Counted from the whole stretch's first letter, positions 1-11,178 are shown. The stretch: DNA of 63,198 bases, filler included, from Octopus bimaculoides (GCF_001194135.2; 8 parts of 6 records of this genome joined end to end with filler, not necessarily neighbours in it), one strand, 5' to 3'. Notes: generated from the sequence alone by a model not told the origin. Translations and numbers: made by a program.

Positions 1-360
1 ATATGTATGTATTTGTACGTATATGTATGCTTGTGTATATGTATGTAGATATGTATGTATATGTATGTGTGTGTATATATATATATATGCATATATATAT
101 GCATATGTATGTGCACATATATATGTGTATATATATGTATGTGTATGTATGTGCATATATAGGTGTGTGTGTGTATATATGTATGTATATATATATATGT
201 GTGTGTGTGTATATATATATATATATGTGAATGTTTGTATGTGTGTGTATATATGTATGTATATATAAATGTGTGTACATATATATATATGTGAATGTTT
301 GTGTGTGTATGTATATCTATATGTATATGTATACGTGTGCTTGTATGTGTGTATATGTAT
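1..360. repeat. Compound (TA)n/(TG)n/(TATG)n microsatellite
   Basis: Read directly from the sequence; source of the first ORF-track artefacts. Confidence 0.95.
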
Positions 361-764
361 GTCAAGTGACATATGCAACTGTGTATGCCTGGTGATAAGA
401 GACTGAGATGTAGGAAATTGTGGTAGCATAGAAACATTGGTGTGTCTGTGTGTTTGAAAACAAAAATATTTGTTGCGCCCTTTAGATAAACAAAATACTT
501 AACATAGAAAATCTAGGGTAGAAAGGAAGAATTGTGAGGAAATGGTAACATGTCAAAAGATTGCTTTGGATTTAGAATACCTGAACTGTATAACTACTAA
601 TCTCCCTCAAATTTGGAGCACTGACAAATTGAAGTCAGTTTGAAATCTGGAAGTATTTTGGTACTGCAGCTGAAAATTTGCTGTGAAACTGTCTTCAATT
701 GGGATTGTATCACTCCAGGGCCCATATCTTTGCTAATTCTCTGACTCCATTCAACAGAAATAAA

Positions 765-907
765 ACGCTGAATATCCCCGAGAACTACGTTAAGGGTACA
801 CATGTCTGTGGAGAGCTCAGCCACTTGCACGTTAATTTCACGAGCAGGCTGTTCCGTTGATCGAACCAACTGGAACCCTCGACGTCGTAGGCGACGGAGT
901 GCCAACA
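765..907 (+). mobile_element. SINE family A, 3' fragment
   Basis: Near-identical to the 3' part of 28026-28409. Confidence 0.85.
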
Positions 908-1214
908 CACATACACATATGATGATCATCAGGATCATTGTCATGGTGTCTTTGTTGTAGACACTTTTCCATACTTGCAGGGATGAGACAGAATTTACCA
1001 AGGCAGATTTTCTACTGTTGGGTGCCATTCCTCTCATTAACTCTTTCATGTTTCCTAGCAAGATAATATTTCTCCAAGGCTAGATGTGTTTTCACAGAAG
1101 CCTGAAAACAAGTGACTCCACTTGTCCTGACTATACAAGAGCATCCAGCTTTTAAAATATCTGCTTTGTCAAATTTTGTGTGACATATGCAAACACGGAA
1201 AAGTAGCCATTAAA

Positions 1215-1528
1215 CTGATGATGATGATGATCATCATCATCATCGTTTAACGTCCGCTTTCCATGCTAGCATGGGTTGGACGATTTGACTGAGGACTGGC
1301 GAACCAGATGGCTGCACCAGGCTCCAATCTGATCTGGCAGTGTTTCTACAGATGGATGCCCTTCCTAACGCCAACCACTCCGAGAGTGTAGTGGGTGCTT
1401 TTACGTGCCACCGGCACGAGGGCCAGTCTGACGTTACTGGTAATGGCCACGCTCAGATGGTGTGTTTTGACATGCCACATGCACAGGAGCCAGTCCAGCG
1501 GCACTGGCAACGACCTCGCTTGAATGTT

Positions 1529-1530
<2 letters not shown>
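1215..1530 (-). mobile_element. Family C non-autonomous RTE-tail element with (GAT)n tail
   Basis: About 90% identical to the reverse complement of 6640-6890 and to 24706-24965. A related tail abuts the RTE ORF remnant at 23262-23532. Confidence 0.85.
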
Positions 1531-1610
<80 letters not shown>

Positions 1611-1699
1611 TCTATGTGAACTATGATGAAAAAAATGAAAGATATGGTATGTAATTTTTTGTGCAGGGGTTCCTTCAGACATGTAATCTATTTTAAGGG

Positions 1700-1995
1700 T
1701 TATTATTATTATTCAAGCCACCGCCCGGAATCGAACTCGGAATCTTGGAGTTAGTAGCCTGCACTCTTAACCACTACGCCAAGAGCGTGGGCTACTAACC
1801 CCAAGATTCCGAGCTCAATTCCAAGCAGCGACCTGAATAATAATAATAATAACAACAACAACAACACTGAAATGAGAACCCAGGCTCGAAACTTCCCCAA
1901 GACACCCGACGAAGGCTGGAGAGTATATCAGCTAAAGCATTGTGTTAACAACAAACAAGATGAGGACAAATATCAGTCAGATGTAAATAATGTAT
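1700..1995 (+). mobile_element. Fold-back tRNA-like head followed by a degenerate hammerhead motif (PLE-associated non-autonomous element)
   Basis: 69-nt inverted arms at 1700-1768 and 1781-1850. A-box TGGCGTAGTGG and B-box GAGTTCGATTCC on the - strand. Hammerhead-like motif at 1901-1946. Confidence 0.6.
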
Positions 1996-3206
1996 TCAGA
2001 AAAAACTATTAAATATATGTGTATAAGATTACTGACACATTGTTGGTTGTAATATTTACTACTCGGCTGCTTTGTCCAATCCTATTTTTCTCTGGTTTAT
2101 TTTTACTTATGTAGTCAAACTGGGTTAAATCTCTTAGTTGCTATCTTGTTTTTTTTTCCATTGCCTTCATTTCAATGTTTTAAAGTTAATTGAATATTCA
2201 TTGCTTTAAGTGGTTAGAAAGTTAAGTTGTTAGACTACTTTCTCCAAACTACATTATTGTCTGTTCAGACACTTCTATGCCTGGTTGACAGAATGGGTTG
2301 TAGTCAGTAGGCATTCGAGAGAAATTTGATGTGGTCATTCAGTTTGTTAGAAATAGTAGCTAACTTCAAATTTTCTCTCAAAAAATGTGCCCTACAATAT
2401 ATAAAAAAAAAAAAAAGGTAGGACAACTCAGGTAATGTAATCCTATATACTATGTGTAATAAAAAGACAAGGGGGTCACAGCTGGGGATATTTTTTGATT
2501 CAAGATGAACTCAAAAAACAGCTGACAACTACAACAATTGTGCCAACAGTAGCCAGATGTTCAAATTTGACAAAAATCCATTCCCCACTCATGTCAGTAT
2601 GGGATAACGAGTCTAAATCATTGAAAATGATCAAAAACAACAATGGGATGTGTGAGTGTTTTGTACTTTCTTATTCATTTATGAATATTTGTGCACAAAT
2701 GTCTTACCCATTATCCATAAAAATGGATAAGATTATGAAAAGAAAACAAAGCAGTGTTGACTGTGAATGTAAAAGCATTACCCAGAAACATCTAGACCTA
2801 ATATTAAGGAGGTCATAGCCAATATCCCAATAATGATTTCGTTTCTCTCTTTCACTTGAAATGAGTATCAAACTTGTGTGTTGCCTATGGCCAAAAAAAT
2901 ATTGAATGCAACAATAGTATTTATCAGGTTAAAAAAACATTTTACAAATCAACAACAACAACAAAAAAAAATAGCGATCTAAGCAAGGAAGCTATTTACA
3001 AAAAACGTGGAGCACTAACAGCAACGTCTGAGTGTGATCATTGCCAGAGCAATGATGATGAAACTGTCCAACCCATGCCAGCCTGGAAAATGGATGTTCG
3101 ATGATGATGATGAATGTCTAATACTGTTTCTAACAAAAATCTTAGAAATTAATTTTTTTTTTTTTTTTTTTTTTGCTCTAATATGCTTTTAATTTTCTAT
3201 TCACAG

Positions 3207-3310
3207 TTGCTGGTCACAAAGGTCAGTTTGTTGCTGGTCTCCTAGGTGACAAATATGTAATTGTTATGCAAGGACGACTGCATGCCTACGAAGGATATTC
3301 AATGGCAAAG
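3207..3310 (+). CDS. PNP: Purine nucleoside phosphorylase, coding exon (equivalent to human exon 3)
   Basis: tcacag|TT...AAG|gtatgc; 104 bp; translates (V)AGHKGQFVAGLLGDKYVIVMQGRLHAYEGYSMAK, matching the PNP GH.G and MQGR.H.YEG motifs. Confidence 0.95.
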
Positions 3311-3481
3311 GTATGCAGCTAATGACATTGTAAGTATGGTTGTGTGGTTAAGAAACTTGCCTTGCAACTGCATAGTCTCAGGTTCTGTTCCACTGTGTGT
3401 TATCTTGGGTAAATTTCTACATGATAACCCTGGATCAAACAAAGACTTGGGAATGAACTCGGTAGACAAAAACTGTGGTAA

Positions 3482-3695
3482 GGCAGTGTGCTGGCAGAAT
3501 CGTTAGCACACCGGGCGAAATGCTTAGCGGTATTTCTTCTGCCGCTGTGTTCTGAGTTCAAATTCCGCCGAGGTCAACTTTGCCTTTCATCCTTTCGGGG
3601 TAGATTAAATAAGTACCAGTTGAACATTGGGGTTGATGTAATCGACTTAATCCCTTGTTTGTCCCCTCTATGTTTAGCCCCTTGTGGGCAGTAAA
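3482..3695 (+). mobile_element. SINE family D (tRNA-like head; core gcctttcatcctttcggggtcgat)
   Basis: At least 10 copies in the window; B-box-like gagttcaaattcc. Confidence 0.85.
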
Positions 3696-4021
3696 GAAAT
3701 AAGATACTGTGAAAACCTGTAGTGTATGCGTGTGTACACACACACACACACACAGACAGAGGGTGCGGCGAATAAACTCATCTAAATTATACAAAAATGA
3801 AAATAACACTGGCATCTCATTTTAACAGATATATTTACCAAAATTACATTAAAAATATCTTGAAGTACTTCAAGAGTACTTCAAAAAGTCCGACCCATGG
3901 AAAGTGGATGTTAAATGACGATGTTGATCATGAGGTTCAACTCATCAGCTCCAGTCAAACAGTCTAACCCATGCCAGCATGGAGAGCAGACGTTAAATGA
4001 TGATGATGATATATGCATGTG

Positions 4022-4068
<47 letters not shown>

Positions 4069-4445
4069 TGTGTCTGTCCTCCCCCCGTTAACTATTAAGT
4101 TATATAGATTAGATTTGATAGATCATTACAATTTATTGAATAAGCACTTACCCTCTCCTCATCCACTTAAAAATAAATATGCTTACATGCATAATCAAAG
4201 AGAGAGGAGAAGGAGGAGGAGGGATCGAGCAAGACATTAAAACCTCTAATGTCAAATAAGCCTCCCATCTCGCCTGTGTGCAACTCCCTTGACTTGTGTG
4301 GGGCACAGTGGAATGAGAGACCAACAAAACCAACTGACATGATGCCAGAATGATGATACCAAAATGGCTGTGCGAGAACTTCTCATACCCTTTTGGGCTG
4401 AGCTTTTCATTTCTCTTTTAACAAATAAAATACTTCTACTTGTAG

Positions 4446-4621
4446 GCCACGGTGCCAGTTCGAGTGATGAAACTTCTTGGTGTTGAAACTTTAATTGTCA
4501 CCAATGCAGCTGGAGGCCTTAACCAGAGCTTTAATGTTGGGGATTTCATGATCATTAAGGACCAAATCAATTTTCCTGGCTTCGTTGGAATTAATCCACT
4601 GAGAGGACCAAACGATGAAAG
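4446..4621 (+). CDS. PNP: PNP coding exon (equivalent to human exon 4)
   Basis: tgtag|GCC...GAAAG|gtaaac; 176 bp; [58 protein letters not shown](R); in frame with the flanking exons. Confidence 0.97.
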
Positions 4622-4759
4622 GTAAACCAAGTTATTGTTTTTGTAGCTACTGCTCTTTCCGTTATTGTTGTTTGTTGTTGGGGACTGTCTTCTCTGATTC
4701 AGTACATATATGACCAAATGCTTTCCATCCATGAATACCTGTCTTTTTGTTAGATATGA

Positions 4760-5180
4760 AGGTGCATGGCTTAGTGGTTAGAGTGTCAGGTTTACAACCA
4801 TGAGGTAGTGAGTTCGATTCCCAGCCTGGGCTGTGTGTTGTGTTCTTGAGCAAGACACTTTATTTCACGTTGCTTCAGCTCACTCAGCTGTTGAAATGAA
4901 TTACGATGTCACTGTTGCCAAGCTATATCAACCTTTTGCTTTTCCATGGAAAAATCGGTGGCGCAGAGAGGAGAGGCTGGTATGCATGGGTGACTACTGG
5001 CCTTCTACAAAAACAACTCTGCCCAGACTTGTGCATTAGGAAGGGCATCCAGCTGTAGAAACCATACCAAAACAGACTATGGAACCTGGAGCAGACCCTA
5101 ACTTGACAGTTCATGTCAAACTGACCAGCTCATGCCAGCATGAAAAACAGATGTCAAATGTTGATGTTGATGGTGATGAT
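4760..5180 (+). mobile_element. SINE with tRNA-like head and family-C-like tail
   Basis: ggcttagtggttagag...gagttcgattccc head, gagcaagacact core, (GAT)n-like tail; a similar head is at 6378-6480. Confidence 0.7.
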
Positions 5181-5334
5181 GTTATAAATCCAATTTCTAT
5201 GCTCTATTAAGTTTATGATCCCACATAAACTCAGTTTCTACTCCGCTGCGAATTTATGTAATTATGTAACATGTAAGGGTTGTTGACAGGAAGAGCATCT
5301 AACTAAAAAGAATAAAAAATGCCTCAAATAAGTC

Positions 5335-5690
5335 TCCAGGTGTGGCTGTGTGATAAGAAGTTTGCTTCACAACCATATGGTTTTGGATTGAAGTCCTACT
5401 GTGTGGTACCTTAGCCAAGTGTGCCTTCTATTATACCCTTGCACTGACCAAAGCTTTGTGAGTGAATTTGGTATACATACAGAAACTGAAAGAAGCCCGT
5501 TGTGTGTGTGTGTGTGTGTGTGTGTGTCTTTGCATTTGTCCTCCTCCATCATGGCTTGAAAATCCCTGTAACTTAGAAGTTTGGCAAAAGAGACTGATAG
5601 AATAAGTACCAGGTTAAAAAAAAAAAAATGGAAGTACTGGTGTTGATTCATTCAGCTAAAGATTCTTGAATGTGGTGTCCCAGCATAGAA
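5335..5690 (+). mobile_element. SINE family B (degenerate)
   Basis: Aligns to 7599-8000 including the internal (TG)n tract. Confidence 0.8.
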
Positions 5691-5804
5691 ATTGGGCATA
5701 AAATGAACATATATTGAGCTAACTGATATTGTCGGTGTCTTCATTTTTGTATAATATTTGTTTTTATTGTATTATTATTATTATTTTCTTTCTTTTTGTT
5801 GTAG

Positions 5805-5995
5805 ATTTGGCCCAAGATTTCCATCTGTATCAAAAGCTTATAATCTAGAATATCGTAAACTTGCTCGTAAAATTGCAGAAGAACTAGGATATTCTCAATA
5901 TCTGCGAGAAGGTGTTTATTGTTCTCTTGGAGGCCCTACATATGAAACTGTAACTGAATGTCTTTTCCTTAGAAATGCTGGAGCCGACGCCGTTG
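5805..5995 (+). CDS. PNP: PNP coding exon (equivalent to human exon 5)
   Basis: ttgtag|A...GTTG|gtaagt; 191 bp; FGPRFPSVSKAYNLEYRKLARKIAEELGYSQYLREGVYCSLGGPTYETVTECLFLRNAGADAV(G); contains the Glu201-equivalent (GPTYET). Confidence 0.97.
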
Positions 5996-6119
5996 GTAAG
6001 TTTCTTTCAAGTTTAGTTCTGGTACATTCTGTGTCTTGTTTTGAAATTTCAAACGTACCAAAGGAACAGAAGTTAAAAACTGAATGAACAAAATTATTAA
6101 TAATAAATACCAGTGAAGA

Positions 6120-6295
6120 TGTTCTGGTGACACGTAAAAGGCATGTGTGCCAGTGACACAAAAGGCACCCATGCTGGTGACACATAAAAGGCGCGTATGC
6201 TGGTGACTCATGAAAAGGTGTGTGTGCTGGTGACACGTGACAGGTCTCATGTGCCAGTGATGCACGATAGGCCACACATGTCGGTGACATGTGAA
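6120..6295 (+). repeat. Degenerate ~25-bp tandem repeat (gtgacacgtaaaagg...gctg)
   Basis: About 7 diverged units; related to the reverse complement of 8990-9230. Confidence 0.7.
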
Positions 6296-6639
6296 ATTTT
6301 CTATTATAAGAAAGAAAAATTGTTTCTTCTAACAGCTTAGGAATCTGATATTTGTGAATGTCATACCTTATAAAGGTGCATGGCTTAGTGGTTAGGATGT
6401 TGGACTCATGATCATAAGTTTGTAGTTTCAATTTCTGGACTGGGCGATGGATTGTTTTCTTGAGCAAGACACTTCTCTTAATGTTGTTACACTCCAATCA
6501 GCTCATAAAAATGAATAATCCTATGACAGATTGGTGTTCAGGAAGAAATATATACACCAGTGAAACCAAAAAATTGGCCCTTTGCTCCCTACGGAATAAT
6601 GTGGACTACCATACCTTACAGTATTTTCTTATATACCCC

Positions 6640-6890
6640 AGTGCCGCTGGACTGGCTCCTGTGCAGGTGGCACGTAAAATACACCATTTTGAGCGTGGCC
6701 GTTGCCAGTACTGCCTGACTAAAAGAACCCACTACACTCTTGGAGTGGTTGGTGTTAGGAAGGGCTTCCAGCTGTAGAAACTCTGCCAAATCAGATTGGA
6801 GCCTGGTGTAGCCATCTGGTTCGCCGGTCCTCAGTCAAATCGTCCAACCCATACTAGCATGGAAGGCAGACGTTAAACGATGATGATGAC
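6640..6890 (+). mobile_element. Family C RTE-tail element
   Basis: Ends ...gacgttaaacgatgatgatga; inverted relative to 1215-1530. Confidence 0.85.
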
Positions 6891-7147
6891 AATGTTTCAA
6901 TATTTGATGTTAATTGTTATGTAATCATAAGCTGCTACATGAAACTAGCTCTGTAACAAGCCAATAGTGGTAGGGGGAGCTCTTTCATTATCACTTGACC
7001 TGTTAGAAATAGCAACCAAATTTTCCTCAAACCATGCCCTACTGTTTTAAATAAAGACATTATAGTCCAATGCTTCTTAACCATTTTTTCCCTATGGACT
7101 CCTTTGATTCCTCTTTTACTCAGATGGACCTCAATAGCCATTTGATG

Positions 7148-8000
7148 GAACCACATGGTTCCGGATTTAGTCCCACTGCGTGGCACCTTCGGCAAGTGTC
7201 TTCTACTATAGCCTCGGGCCAAGCAAAACCTTGTGAGTGGATTTGGTAGACGGAAACTGAAAGAAGCCCGTCGTATATATGTATATGTATATATATTTGT
7301 GTGTCTGTGTTTGTCCCTCCAACATCGCTTGACAACCAATGTTGGTGTGTTTAGGTCCCCATAACTTAGCGGTTGGGCAAAAGAGGCCGATAGAATAAGT
7401 ACTAGGCTTACAAAGAATAAGTCTTGGGGTCGATTTGCTCAACTAAAAGTGGTGCTCCAGCATCTCCGCAGTCAAATGACTGAAACAAGCAAAAGAGTAA
7501 AGAGTTATAATTTTATAATTAACTATCATTAGGAATTGTATAAAAAACCAAAACTATTTTGTGTATTGTAGAAGTATAACCAATGTATAACCATTATAGG
7601 CGCAGGAGTGGCTGTGTGGTAAGTAGCTTGCTTACCAACCACATGGTTCCGGGTTCAGTCCCACTGCGTGGCACCTTGGGCAAGTGTCTTCTACTATAGC
7701 TTCAGGCCGACCAAAGCCTTGTGAGTGGAGTTGGTAGACGGAAACTGAAAAAAGCCCGTCGTATATATGTATATATATGTATGTGTGTGTATATGTTTTT
7801 GTCTCTGTGTTTGTCCCCCCAACATTGCTTGACAACCGATGCTGGTGTGTTTACGTCCCCGTAACTTAGCGGTTCAGCAAAAAAAGAGACCGATAGAATA
7901 AGTGCTAGACTTGCAAAGAATAAGTCCTGGGGTCGATTTGCTCGACTAAAGGCGGTGCTCCAGCATGGCCGCAGTCAAATGACTGAAACAAGTAAGAGAG
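7148..8000 (+). mobile_element. Two tandem SINE family B copies (7148-7503, 7599-8000)
   Basis: tRNA-like head ggctgtgtggtaag...gggttcagtccc, internal (TA/TG)n tract, tail gactgaaacaagtaaaagag; the two copies are about 90% identical. Confidence 0.9.
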
Positions 8001-8124
8001 TAATGTATTGTGCATAAATTTTAATGGCAAAATCTTATACTGACCCCTAAAGGTCATCTGGATCCTTGTTAAGAACCACTGGTATAATCTGTGACACACA
8101 CACAAACTAGATGGTCATAGTTGG

Positions 8125-8396
8125 AATGTCGTTTGTTCCTTCTCGAGCCATGCCTGGCTCATAAGGGCTGGTTTCCCAGTTTTATTGGCATTTCGGTGAG
8201 CTGCCAGATGCAGGAGGAAAGAGCGAGAGAAAGTTGTGGTAAAAGAGTTAGCAGAAATTTGCCATTACCTTCTGTTGGAGCCGCATGGAGCTTAAGTGTT
8301 TCGCTCAAAAACACACATCGCTCAGTCTGAGATTCGAACCCTCGATCTCTCGACTGCAAGTCCGCTGCTCTAACCACTAGGCCATGTGCCGCCACC
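8125..8396 (-). mobile_element. SINE related to family A, with a different tail
   Basis: Minus-strand head ggcctagtggttagagcagcggact...gggttcgaatctc; body shared with family A. Confidence 0.75.
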
Positions 8397-8819
8397 ATAG
8401 CTGGAATGCTAGCATATATTTGTTCAATGATAGTTAGTTGATCAAGGGTTTAAAACTATTGTTACCATTACCTCTACCACTGTTATATATTTTTATTGTC
8501 ATCTCTACCCGTCATCATAAACAATATTATCATCAGCACAGCCAGTATCATCACTATCACCTTTGTCATCCACAGCACTTTTAGCCAAGCCTTCTTGCCT
8601 TTTCTCCATCACTAGTTTTCTCCACTCACTAGTTTTCTCCACTCACTGAATGTGGTACATTTTTTTTTACCTAATACTTAATGTTTATGTACTTACCGTG
8701 TCTATATCTATGTAGTTGTCTCCCTTGCATGCATCAGCTTACGTTGCAATACTCAGAAAATCCTCCACTCTCTCTCTCTCTCTCTCTCTGTTCACTTGTT
8801 TTCCATCTTGCCAGCAATA

Positions 8820-9260
8820 TCATCATCATCATCATCATCATTTGGCATCTGTTTTCCAAGCTGGCATGGGTGAGATGGTTTGACTGGAACTGAAGCAGGA
8901 GAGCTACACTAGGCTCCAGTCTGTTTTGGCTTGGTTTCTATGGCTGGATGCCCTTCCTACCACCAACCACTCCAGGTGTCTTTTACATGCCACTAGCGTG
9001 GGTACCCTTAACGGGTCACTAGCGTAGGTGCCCTTAACATGTCACTAGTGTGGGTGCCCTTAATGTGTCACTGGCACAGCTGCCCCTAGCGTGTGGCCTG
9101 TGCGGGTGCCCCTAGCGTGTGGCCGGCGCGGGTGCCCCTAGCGTGTGGCCGGCGCGGGTGCCCCTAGCGTGTGGCAGGCGCGGGTGCCCTTAATGTATCA
9201 CTGGCACAGGTGCCCACAAGTTCCCTTTATTTGTTAGTAACACTGGTGCCTTTTACATGT
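8820..9260 (-). repeat. Family C-like tail plus a GC-rich 26-bp minisatellite (8990-9230)
   Basis: About 9 units of period 26, e.g. ggccggcgcgggtgcccctagcgtgt repeated almost exactly. Confidence 0.85.
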
Positions 9261-9331
9261 CATCTTTGACAGCTATATATTTCTATTTCTTGAAACTTTG
9301 CAGGAATCAATTATTTATTCTTTACTTTCAG

Positions 9332-9534
9332 GTATGAGCACTTGTCCTGAAGTGATTGTGGCAGCACATGCCTCCATGAAAGTATTTGGTTTATCTCTCA
9401 TCACAAATAAAAGCATCATGGAATATGACAGTGAGAAATATGCAAACCATGAAGAAGTATTAGAGACTGGCAAGAAACAGGCATCCTTACTATTGAAGCT
9501 TATCTCTACAATTGTCTCCAGAATGAATGTTTAG
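9332..9534 (+). CDS. PNP: PNP last coding exon (equivalent to human exon 6), with stop codon
   Basis: tttcag|GT ATG AGC ACT...GTT TAG; MSTCPEVIVAAHASMKVFGLSLITNKSIMEYDSEKYANHEEVL...; Met219, Asn243 and His257 equivalents are present. Confidence 0.97.
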
Positions 9535-9686
9535 AAAGTGAGGTCCATTGGTGTAGTGTTAATTTTAACAAGTCCTAAGTTTAGATGTAAGTGATGGATC
9601 TTCCTCCACAGTAAGAGCAATGGACTTCTACCTGTCTCGACGCCCTTCTGGCATTGACTCTACAAGTCATATGTTCTGTATATGAT

Positions 9687-9744
9687 AATAAACACTTGTA
9701 ATGTCTCAGGACCAGTTCACTGAATTGTACTCGTTCAAAATAAA
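9687..9744 (+). promoter_or_regulatory. Candidate PNP polyadenylation signals (AATAAA at 9687 and 9739)
   Basis: Two AATAAA hexamers about 150-200 bp after the stop codon, followed by a T/GT-rich tract. No transcript evidence. Confidence 0.4.
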
Positions 9745-10029
9745 TCATTATAATTATTATTTTGAATTTTTATTGTTTGTTGTGGAGTATGGAAGATAAA
9801 TGGCATAAATGGATGCAGCTTTTTGGGTGCAGGTGATTTGGCACAGTTAACTGAACACTGAATCTGTTTTGGCAATTTTTTTTTTGTTCTATTTTGCAAC
9901 AGTACTTTTTGGCATTGGAGATGAGACAAACATATGCATGTACATACAGAAACACATACATAAAGATAGATCTTCTTTTATCTTTTACTTACTTCAGTTA
10001 CTAGGCTGTAGCCATACTGGGGTACTACT

Positions 10030-10258
10030 TTGAGAACCTCAGGACAAGTCGTTTCGAAGACATTGATATGAAGGACACTGTGACAAGGGTCCTGGACATC
10101 TTCATTTGGGAGGCTTTCTATGGAGTGTCCACGAAGTGCCTGGAGCGCTACAAGTACATTGAAGTCAAAGGATCCCACTTTGAAGATTAGGGTTTTGTAC
10201 GTCTTTGAAATTAATGTCTCGCGTGAAAAAGTTTCAAAACCTATGGAATGTATCCTGT
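10030..10258 (+). mobile_element. Mariner transposase C-terminus and 3' TIR remnant
   Basis: LENLRTSRFEDIDMKDTVTRVLDIFIWEAFYGVSTKCLERYKYIEVKGSHFED*, then a TIR-like aaaaagtttcaaaacctatggaatgtatcctgTA. Confidence 0.7.
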
Positions 10259-10266
10259 ACATACAT

Positions 10267-11160
10267 ATATAGGATGTTCTGGCAAAACGTGACAGTTTGC
10301 ATAAAAGGGACAAAAAACACAATATCCCATCCAAAAATAGAAGTATTTTAATCAGTCAAGAAATATCAACTTGATTATGGCTTGGAGATAACGGTTTACC
10401 CAAAGTAGCTGCCCTCAGGTTCTACCAAACCCTCAAGACGGCTCCGGGACCTGACACATGCGTTGCTCACTGTGTTCCTGGGAAGATCTTTAGACATCTT
10501 GATCTTGGCCACTAATTCGGCCTCGGTTTTGCAGTCAGAGCAGTTGGTATCTTTATCAACAGTACCCCACACATAATGATCTATGAGATTACAATCGAAG
10601 AAATTTGGAGGCTAGAAATTGTTGCCCGAGAAGTCGTAGAAAATCTCCGAAAACCACTTTTGACTCTTTCCTGAGGTATGGCACGGAACCAAATCCTGCT
10701 GTCACACATATGGCCTTCCACTACCAATCCTCTCCAGCTAGAGATTGACCAGTCTCTAACAAGCTTTACCTTATCATATGAATTGAGCGTAAGGTCCTGT
10801 TCAACAATATGGCGTGGCGTGACGTCACTCTCACTGGAGATAGACCCAAAGACCATCACCTTCCTGCTGGCCAAGGATTCGTAGTCTCCATTGCAGCTGT
10901 CCATGTCACGTCTTACACTCTGTGTTCACAGAGCACTGAGCTGCAGTCATAATGTCGGCATTTTCATACTTAGTGCGAATCATCGTGATACGGGTAATTC
11001 TTTTCCAGTTTTGGGGCATCCTGAGGGACGATCTAGATAGATAGATAAATTTTCCAGCTTTTAGATGACTTCCTGTCTTCCATGTCTGCTAATTTTTTTC
11101 TCAACTACAATTTTAATCTTTATGCTTTCCAACGCTATTGACTGTTCACTAATACATCAT
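10267..11160 (-). mobile_element. DD37D (maT-type) Tc1/mariner transposon, internally deleted and decayed
   Basis: VMVFGSISSESDV...QQDLVPCHTSGKSQKWFSEIFYDFSGNNF*PPNFFDCNLIDHYVWG...EGSYFG*; 37 residues lie between the 2nd and 3rd Asp. TIR-like end tataggatgttctggcaaaacgtgacag. Confidence 0.85.
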
Positions 11161-11178
11161 GATGTTCTTGAAAAAGGT

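Noticed and set aside
361-3200. Search for the upstream PNP exon (ICGSGLG motif)
   Set aside because: Not found by eye; presumably upstream of the window, so not annotated.
8990-9230. 26-bp repeats as a CRISPR array
   Set aside because: Head-to-tail units with no unique spacers, no cas genes, and a eukaryotic intron context.
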